Shown in pieces: positions 57,330 through 64,000 of a stretch of DNA of 64,000 nt; position 1 is the stretch's first letter, and each line of letters opens with the position of its first letter. The stretch lies in assembly GCA_965226495.1 (NCBI GenBank), contig OZ245365.1, positions 4,416,001 through 4,480,000 of the forward strand, written 5' to 3'. Source of the stretch: Candidatus Marinacidobacterales bacterium (GTDB lineage: Bacteria; Acidobacteriota; Vicinamibacteria; Marinacidobacterales; DATDRI01). The notes beneath the pieces were generated by a model. That model did not search any database. It was not told the origin of the DNA and saw nothing but the letters and a program-made list of their open reading frames with translations. Both the position numbers and the translations under genes were made by a program.

Positions 57330-58363
57330 TAGGTTCGCGTCCTGGGATCGATGAGCAGCTGCAACAGATCGAGACCCACATAGAGGGTGACGTAGATGAG
57401 CGCGCTGACCAAGACCACGCCTTGAACTGCGGCGTAGTCACTCGCGTTCATAGCCTGCAGAGCGTAAAGCCCCATGCCCGGCCAAGAGAAAACGCTTTCC
57501 ACCAGAACCGTTCCACCGAGCAGGAACCCGAAGGAGATGCCGACGATATTGAGAACCGGCAAAAAACCCAGCCAAAAGGCACGAAAGATCCACTCACGAC
57601 GCGGAAGTCCCAGCGCGCGGGAAGCGAGTATCGGTTGAGAGTCCAGAGCGGCTCTCAGGCTGACGCGGATCTGGTTCAAGATGGGAGCCTGCACCGCGAG
57701 CGCTAGCGTGAGGCTTGGGAGAATCAACGCTCGAGCCGCCAACCAGAAAAGCGAGAGATCCCCCGCTACCAAAGTGTCGATGAGTAAGAGACCGGTGAAA
57801 CGAGGCGGCATCGTCGCCAGAGGCAATCGACCCATCGGCGGCGGGAAGAGTTGGAGCCTGAAGAAGAACACGTAGATCAACATCAACCCCAGCCAAAACT
57901 GAGGCACCGCCACGCCGCCGGTGGAGACGAAACGAGCAAAGCGATTCCATCGCGTCCCTGGTTTGAGGGCCGCCAGAGATCCAAGTGGAAAGGCAATCAG
58001 CAGAGCCAGAACGAACGAAACCAGGGCGAGCTCGAGCGTGGCGGGAAAGCGCTCATAGATATCGGTGGTGACCGGATTGGATGTCGTCCAGGCATCCCCC
58101 AAGTCACCTCGCAGTAGACCTCCCATATAGATGAAGTACTGTTCGACGATCGGCCGGTCGAATCCGTATTGGGCCATCGCTTCTTGGATTGTCGCCTCAT
58201 CGGCACGATTCCCCACGATGAGATAGACGGGATTGCCAGGAAGCAGTCGGGCGACGACGAAGGTGACCAGCGTGACGCCCCAGACGACGACGAGCGCGAG
58301 GGCCAACCGCCGCAAAGCTTGCTGTACGAGTCTCATCCTATGCGCCTTCTTGAACGTCGACAC
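57329..58363 (-). CDS. Peptide ABC transporter permease (OppB/DppB-like)
   Basis: 'LLPGNPV', 'G.DRP...QY', 'GDLG', 'FPATLELA', 'VLVESVFSWPGMG'; start may be 58336. Confidence 0.93.
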   Translation of the reverse strand: MSTFKKAHRMRLVQQALRRLALALVVVWGVTLVTFVVARLLPGNPVYLIVGNRADEATIQEAMAQYGFDRPIVEQYFIYMGGLLRGDLGDAWTTSNPVTTDIYERFPATLELALVSFVLALLIAFPLGSLAALKPGTRWNRFARFVSTGGVAVPQFWLGLMLIYVFFFRLQLFPPPMGRLPLATMPPRFTGLLLIDTLVAGDLSLFWLAARALILPSLTLALAVQAPILNQIRVSLRAALDSQPILASRALGLPRREWIFRAFWLGFLPVLNIVGISFGFLLGGTVLVESVFSWPGMGLYALQAMNASDYAAVQGVVLVSALIYVTLYVGLDLLQLLIDPRTRT

Positions 58364-58468
58364 GTCTTCGGGGATCGAGTACGATCGCCTCCCGGGTCGG
58401 CGGCCTAGTGCAGTAGGTTATCAGATCGACTCGGGGAATCCATTCCGACTTCGCGCAGGGACGAAATT

Positions 58469-60517
58469 ATGAGCAAATGTCGCATCGCTGTGGACATCGG
58501 TGGCACTTTCACGGACCTGGTAATGCTGGAGGAAGACGGCCAGCTGCGGATGGCGAAGGTTCCCTCGACCCCTCCCGACTACTCCGCGGGTGTTACGAAC
58601 GCCCTGTCGCAAGTGCTCGATGACTTCTCCGAGATGCGGACCTTCGTCCATGGCACGACCGCCCAACTGAATGCGTTCTTGGAAAGAAAAGGCGTCCGCA
58701 CCGCACTCTTGACCACCAAGGGCTTCGGCGATGTGTACGCCATGGGGCGAGGTAGTCGCATTCGCATGTACGATCTGCACTACCGAAACGAGGAGCCCCT
58801 GGTACCCCGCCATTTGACCTTCGAGGTGGAAGAACGCCTGGACGGAGCGGGCAACGTCATCCAACCGCTCAATCAGGACGAGCTCCCGCAGCTCCTCAAA
58901 GAGCTGCAGAAGAGGGACATCAAGTCGCTCGCGGTGTGTTTTCTCCACTCGTATTTGAACCCGGCTCACGAGGAAGCGGTAGCCGAGTTCTTTCGCGAGC
59001 AAGCGCCGAATATTTTTGTGTCTCCGTCGCATCGGGTCTGCCGCGAATGGCGAGAGTTCGAGCGAACGAGCACCGTCGTGCTGAACGCGTACGTTTCGCC
59101 CATCTTGGAGACCTATCTTCGCAAACTAAGGAAAGCACTCGAGGATCGCGGGTACAACAAGAAAGTCTACCTGATGCAATCCAACGGTGGGTTGATCCAG
59201 GCCGCTGAAGCCGAATCGCGGGGCGTGCTGACTCTCATGTCGGGGCCGGTAGGAGGGAGCGTCGGAAGCAAAGCGCTCGCCAAGCAGATGGACGAGCCCA
59301 ATCTCATCTGCGTCGATATGGGCGGGACGAGCTTCGATGTCAGCTTGATCGTCGACGGTCAGACGGCGGTGACGTCGGAAAAGATCCTTGGGGGTTTCCC
59401 GGTGCTGGCTCCGATGGTCGACCTCCACACCATCGGCGCCGGAGGCGGCAGCATCGCGTGGAACGATGCCGGTGCTTTGCGCGTCGGACCTCAAAGTGCA
59501 GGGGCGGCACCGGGGCCGGCTTGTTACGGGCGGGGTGGTGAAGTGCCCACCGTCACCGATGCGAATCTCGTGCTGGGTCGGATCAATCCGGAAACCTCAC
59601 TGGCCGGCGAGGTCGAGCTTTTGCCCGATCGCTCGCTGGCGGTCGTGAAAAAGCTCGGAGACCAGTTCGGGTTGAGCACCGAGAAAATGGCGGAAGGCAT
59701 TATCGATGTCGTGAATTCCCAGATGGCTAACGCTATTCGAACCGTGACGATCAGCAAAGGCATCGATCCACGGACTTTTGGACTAGTCGCCTTTGGCGGA
59801 GCCGGCCCGATGCATGCTGCGCTCATCGCGCGCGAGCTCGATGTCTCTCGGGTGCTCGTCCCGAACGTCGCCGGAGCCTTCTCGGCATGGGGAATGCTGA
59901 AGACAGATCTCCGGCACGACGTTTCGCAAACCTTTATCGAGCCCATGAGCAAACTGGACTGGAAGGATTTGGAGGATCAGTTTCAAAAGCTCGAGAAGGA
60001 TCTGGGGCTCGTGCTGGCGGCGGAGGAGATTCCGCCCGATGACATGAAATTCGTGCGCTCCCTCGACATGCGCTACCTCGGGCAGGAGTACTTCATCAAC
60101 GTACCGCTCCCCGAGAGGCTCGTTCTAGAGAAAAAAGCGGCCCCCGACCTCAAAAAGCTCTTCGACGAGCTCTACGGGCGGGCCTACGGGCACAAGAACA
60201 TGGCGGAGGAAATCGAAGTCGTGAACCTTCGTGTCGAGGCGCACGGGATTCTTCATACTGGAGAGAGGGCGGATTCGAAGAGCGTGGTCTCCCAGACGAA
60301 GTCGAACGACGCAGCGGTCACGCGCTCTGTGATTTTCTATGGGGAGCCCGTCGCAACGAAATTCATTCAGCGCGGAAGCCTAAAACCGGGAGACGCCGAG
60401 GACGGTCCGGTCATCGTGGAGGAGCAATCCTGCACCACTGTCGTTCCTCCCGACTTTCGCCTCAGCATGGACGAGTACTGGAATCTCGTCATCGAACGTA
60501 AGGAGAAAACGCCATGA
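58469..60517 (+). CDS. Hydantoinase/oxoprolinase subunit A (second copy)
   Basis: DIGGTFTD, HGTT, REFERTST..LNAY, SGPVGG, DMGGTSFDVS, IGAGGGSIAW. Confidence 0.93.
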   Translation: MSKCRIAVDIGGTFTDLVMLEEDGQLRMAKVPSTPPDYSAGVTNALSQVLDDFSEMRTFVHGTTAQLNAFLERKGVRTALLTTKGFGDVYAMGRGSRIRMYDLHYRNEEPLVPRHLTFEVEERLDGAGNVIQPLNQDELPQLLKELQKRDIKSLAVCFLHSYLNPAHEEAVAEFFREQAPNIFVSPSHRVCREWREFERTSTVVLNAYVSPILETYLRKLRKALEDRGYNKKVYLMQSNGGLIQAAEAESRGVLTLMSGPVGGSVGSKALAKQMDEPNLICVDMGGTSFDVSLIVDGQTAVTSEKILGGFPVLAPMVDLHTIGAGGGSIAWNDAGALRVGPQSAGAAPGPACYGRGGEVPTVTDANLVLGRINPETSLAGEVELLPDRSLAVVKKLGDQFGLSTEKMAEGIIDVVNSQMANAIRTVTISKGIDPRTFGLVAFGGAGPMHAALIARELDVSRVLVPNVAGAFSAWGMLKTDLRHDVSQTFIEPMSKLDWKDLEDQFQKLEKDLGLVLAAEEIPPDDMKFVRSLDMRYLGQEYFINVPLPERLVLEKKAAPDLKKLFDELYGRAYGHKNMAEEIEVVNLRVEAHGILHTGERADSKSVVSQTKSNDAAVTRSVIFYGEPVATKFIQRGSLKPGDAEDGPVIVEEQSCTTVVPPDFRLSMDEYWNLVIERKEKTP

Positions 60518-62238
60518 GCGCGCCGATCGATCCCATCACCACCGAGGTCATCCGGAACGGCTACAACGCGACCGCGGAGGACATGAGCACTGTTCTCGGA
60601 CGGAGCGCCTTCTCACCGGTGATCTACGAATGTCACGACTACGGGATCGGCCTCTTCAACGAAAAGGTCGAGACACTCGGTCAGGCTCCCGGACACCCAT
60701 TCTTCATTGGCGGACTCGATTCCGGCGCCAAAGCGGTGATCGAAAAGTACGGACTCGACGACCTCCACGAGGGGGATGTCTTCACGGTGAACGACAGCTA
60801 CATCACCGGTGGTCACTTGAACGACGTCGATGTGATCAGTGTCTTGACGTACAAGGGCGAGCTCATCGGCTTTGCCGCGATCCGCGCCCATTGGATCGAC
60901 ATCGGTACCGCGGAGCCAGGATTCCCGGTGAACACGACCGAGATTTATCAAGAGGGCGTGCGTTGGGGCGCGACGCGCATCATGTCGCAAGGCGAATATG
61001 TGGAAGACGTGCTGGACATCCTACTTCTCAATAGCCGGCGGCCCAAGACTCTCAGGGGGGACCTGAATGCGCAGGTATCGGCGGCACGCATGGGTGAGAA
61101 GCGCTACCGCGAGCTCATCGATCGGTTTGGCCTGAAGACGTTGCGGGCCTGCACCCAGAATATTTTCGACGCCACCGAGGCGAAGTACCGAAAGTTCATC
61201 GCAACCATTCCGGACGGTGTTTATGAAGCCGAAGGTTACGCTGACGACGATTTCATCACCAAGGATCCCGTCCTGGTGAAGATCAAAGTGACGGTGGCGG
61301 GCGACGAAATGGTCATCGACACCACCGGTTCCAGTAAGCAACGCACCGGCAATATCAACTGCGGCTTCGCCAACACCGTCTCCGGGGCTAGGCTCGCCCT
61401 CGCTTTTCTTTATCCCGACCCTCACCCGGAGGTGAACCACGGGAGCTTCATCCCGCTCGACGTCATCTCCGAGCCGGGCTCGGTCTTTGCGGCCGAGCAG
61501 CCTGCCGCCTGCATGCATCCCCACCCGGGCATGTTGATGCTGGATCTGGTCATCAAGGCGTTGGCACCCGTCCTGCGGGACAACGCGGCTGCCGGACTCC
61601 CGGGTGACTCGTGGAATGTCTTGATCATGGGAGAGCGTCCCGGGAGCCGGGAATTCTACTGTAGCACCGAGGCGCTGGACGGAGGATGGGGAGCCAGCGC
61701 TAAGACAGACGGGGAGAGCGCGCTCATCCACTCCGCTGCCGGGGACTTCCGCAACATCCCGGTCGAATCGCTCGAGGGTCGTTTCCCGATCCGGATCAAT
61801 CGCTTCCAGCTCGGGCAGGACACCGGCGGACCGGGCCATCACCGCGGCGGATTGAACGTGGTCAAGGAGTACGAGTTACTGACCGACTCGCGAGTGACGC
61901 TCCACTTCGATCGCACCCACACGCCCTCCTGGGGACTCTTCGACGGGGAAGCCGGCTCGATCCCCAACGTTACGGTCCATCATCCCGATTCAGACGAAAC
62001 CGAGAAGGTCTTGAAGGTCGAGCAGATGCCCCTTAAGAAAGGTGCGCGGCTGGTGTGCGAGACCGGTGGAGGGGGAGGTTTCGGTAGTCCGCTCGAGCGA
62101 GACCCGGAGCTGGTCCGGGTGGACGCGATGAACGGCTACGTGAGCCACCAGGCCGCAGAAGACACATACGGCGTCGTGCTGACGGGAGAAGACCTCCGGG
62201 TGGACGCCGAAGCTACCAAGAAGCTGCGGAGCAAATAA
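60514..62238 (+). CDS. Hydantoinase B/oxoprolinase subunit (second copy)
   Basis: 'DPITTEVI', 'RSAFSPVIYE..D', 'ND.Y..G.HLND', 'AHWIDIG', 'GGPG.HRGG', 'GGGGFGSPLER'. Confidence 0.93.
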   Translation: MSAPIDPITTEVIRNGYNATAEDMSTVLGRSAFSPVIYECHDYGIGLFNEKVETLGQAPGHPFFIGGLDSGAKAVIEKYGLDDLHEGDVFTVNDSYITGGHLNDVDVISVLTYKGELIGFAAIRAHWIDIGTAEPGFPVNTTEIYQEGVRWGATRIMSQGEYVEDVLDILLLNSRRPKTLRGDLNAQVSAARMGEKRYRELIDRFGLKTLRACTQNIFDATEAKYRKFIATIPDGVYEAEGYADDDFITKDPVLVKIKVTVAGDEMVIDTTGSSKQRTGNINCGFANTVSGARLALAFLYPDPHPEVNHGSFIPLDVISEPGSVFAAEQPAACMHPHPGMLMLDLVIKALAPVLRDNAAAGLPGDSWNVLIMGERPGSREFYCSTEALDGGWGASAKTDGESALIHSAAGDFRNIPVESLEGRFPIRINRFQLGQDTGGPGHHRGGLNVVKEYELLTDSRVTLHFDRTHTPSWGLFDGEAGSIPNVTVHHPDSDETEKVLKVEQMPLKKGARLVCETGGGGGFGSPLERDPELVRVDAMNGYVSHQAAEDTYGVVLTGEDLRVDAEATKKLRSK

Positions 62239-62357
62239 CCCGGGGTCCAAATAACCCGGGGTCTGATCTAAAATTGTGCACGCACCGGCTGTGCACAAAA
62301 TTGGATCAGACCCTTGTAACATTTCTGGATCTGACCCCCGTTACTGACCCCCGTTAC
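62233..62357. repeat. Cluster of GGGGTC/GACCCC REP-like repeats and hairpin between convergent genes
   Basis: AAATAACCCGGGGTC twice; GGGTCTGATC...TGTGCAC / GTGCACA...GATCAGACCC inverted arms; CTGACCCCCGTTA twice. Confidence 0.75.
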
Positions 62358-64000
62358 TTAAGGTAACGATCGAAGTGCTCGGCTAGCCTCGTCATTCCGT
62401 ACCGCGCGTTGTAGTCCTTGGCCGTCCATTCGTGGGGAGAGTTCGGTATCACCACGAACTCGAAGTCCTTCCCCAGCTGCATCAGCTTCTCGGCGAGCGC
62501 GATGGAGTCCTTGAACAAGACGACGCTGTCCCCCATCCCATGCATGATCATCAAGTGATCCTCTAGATCCTCGCCGTAGCTATAGGCGGAGACCTTCTTG
62601 TACACGTCAGGGTGGGTGTTCGGGCGCCCGGCGACGTTCACCTGCCCGGTCATGGCATGCCAAACGTTCGTCGCGGGAGCACTGGCTACGCCGGCTTTGT
62701 AGACCCCGGGTTTCTTGAAGAGGCTCATCGCGGTCATCAAGCCGCCATAACTACTTCCCCACATGCCGACGCGCTCTGCGTCCACATAGGGCAACGTCTT
62801 CAGATACTCGAGACCGCTATATAGATCCTCGATGTCGATACCGCCGTAGTCCCGGATGAGCCCTTCCCGAAAGGGGCGGCCGTAGCCGACGCTCCCCCGC
62901 GTGTCCACTTGAAAGACGATGTAGTCTCCTTCGAGGACGAAATACTGCTGGATCAGACTGTAGAGCCCGCGGAATATCTGTCGATCCCCCCATCGCTTGC
63001 GCACCGAATTGGGATAGACCGGTCCGAGAATGACCGGGTGCTTCTTCGACTTATCCAGGTTGGGTGGCTCCAAGAGACGACCATGGAGCGTCACGCCGTC
63101 CAAGTGGCTCTTAAAGGTGACGTACTTGGGCTCGACCCAGTCGTACTGCGCGAACTCCGCGGAAGGAGAATGCGTGATGCGGCGCTCAGCCGAACCACCT
63201 TCCGAGTCAGCGATGTAGAGCTCGGTCGGCGTCATGTCGTTCGAGTGGAGGAGCGCCACTTTTGAGCCGTCGGGAGACGGATACGGATGATGGACACCGG
63301 GAGTCGATGTGATCTTTTGGATCTTGCCTCCATCCTCGCTCATACGGTAGACGTGACGCTCGTAAGGGCTCTCCTGGGTGGATACGAAAAAGACTTCCTT
63401 GGTGTGAGGGGAGGTCCACAAGAAAGCCGAACCCGACTCTCCGACCACGCTCCACTCACCATCAGTGAGCCGCTTCGCGTCCCTCCCGCCGGCTAGGTCG
63501 AGTGAGTACAAATGATGTCGACCGTCCTTGTCGGAGATGAACACGATTCCCTCGCCATCGCTTTGCCAGGTTGAGTTCCACGCTGATGAAACTCGTGTCG
63601 CCCGGTAGTCGTGCCAGACTTCTCGCAGGGAACCCTCTTCTGGATTCGCGAGGAAGAGCCAGCGATCTTCGGCGTTCTGCGGAGACTGATCGATCAGCAA
63701 CTGATTGCCATCCGGGGACCACGCGAAGTTGGCGACACCACGATCCGTGTTGTCCGGAAGGTTCAACCTCTGTAACTTGCCGGTCCGCACCGAGTAAATC
63801 GCTAAATCGCGCACGTGGTCGTTGTCACCGGGGTAGTCACGGCGCACCCGATGCGCCACCGTTTCCTCCCCCAGGTAATCGGGAATGACGATCTCCCGTA
63901 CCCGGCTTCGGTCATCGATATGAAGCGCGATGTACCGGCCGTCGGGTGACCAACGGTAACGACTCACCTCGACGTCGGGGCGAGAAAAACCCGAACCGCA
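62354..64000 (-). CDS. S9 family (dipeptidyl peptidase IV-like) peptidase, 5' truncated by window edge
   Basis: Propeller WSPDG repeats; nucleophile GSSYGG; 'MHGMGDSVV'; His in 'SPHEW'. Confidence 0.92.
   Translation of the reverse strand, partial: CGSGFSRPDVEVSRYRWSPDGRYIALHIDDRSRVREIVIPDYLGEETVAHRVRRDYPGDNDHVRDLAIYSVRTGKLQRLNLPDNTDRGVANFAWSPDGNQLLIDQSPQNAEDRWLFLANPEEGSLREVWHDYRATRVSSAWNSTWQSDGEGIVFISDKDGRHHLYSLDLAGGRDAKRLTDGEWSVVGESGSAFLWTSPHTKEVFFVSTQESPYERHVYRMSEDGGKIQKITSTPGVHHPYPSPDGSKVALLHSNDMTPTELYIADSEGGSAERRITHSPSAEFAQYDWVEPKYVTFKSHLDGVTLHGRLLEPPNLDKSKKHPVILGPVYPNSVRKRWGDRQIFRGLYSLIQQYFVLEGDYIVFQVDTRGSVGYGRPFREGLIRDYGGIDIEDLYSGLEYLKTLPYVDAERVGMWGSSYGGLMTAMSLFKKPGVYKAGVASAPATNVWHAMTGQVNVAGRPNTHPDVYKKVSAYSYGEDLEDHLMIMHGMGDSVVLFKDSIALAEKLMQLGKDFEFVVIPNSPHEWTAKDYNARYGMTRLAEHFDRYLK

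Noticed and set aside
37758-62357. Short repeats as a possible CRISPR array
   Set aside because: No regularly spaced repeat-spacer units and no cas genes

Overview
GC-rich bacterial window, most consistent with an environmental Acidobacteriota-like genome (inferred from the three Ser/Thr kinase-TM-TolB-propeller paralogs and many secreted peptidases; taxonomy cannot be proven from this window). Most of it is peptide/amide scavenging: M20, M28, M23 and S9 peptidases, two hydantoinase/oxoprolinase A+B pairs, an amidohydrolase, MFS, SSS and Opp/Dpp transporters, and a proline racemase-family enzyme. The most unusual locus is at 18.4-32.0 kb (minus strand). A PilP-like small exported protein precedes a 4031-aa secreted protein (zincin HExxH domain, prenyltransferase-like helical repeats, 5 CARDB, 4 SPNGDG/FlgD-Ig, beta-propeller, CBM9-like, Ig/Fn3). 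This protein ends in an N-terminally truncated Hint domain (...WVHN|QC) plus a PD-(D/E)xK nuclease tip, followed by a translationally coupled candidate immunity gene, i.e. a polymorphic toxin on an atypical carrier. Other highlights: a missed UGA-recoded ArsC-like selenoprotein (UxxC plus a SECIS-like hairpin), an ECF sigma / zinc-finger-TM-VWA anti-sigma / large membrane protein operon with a visible ECF promoter, an HNH element next to a truncated gene, kinase paralogs bracketed by a shared repeat leader, and three intergenic palindrome families. Several frameshifts and an exact 208-bp tandem duplication suggest an imperfectly polished assembly, so junction-dependent claims need read-level checks. 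No rRNA, tRNA or CRISPR array was recognised.
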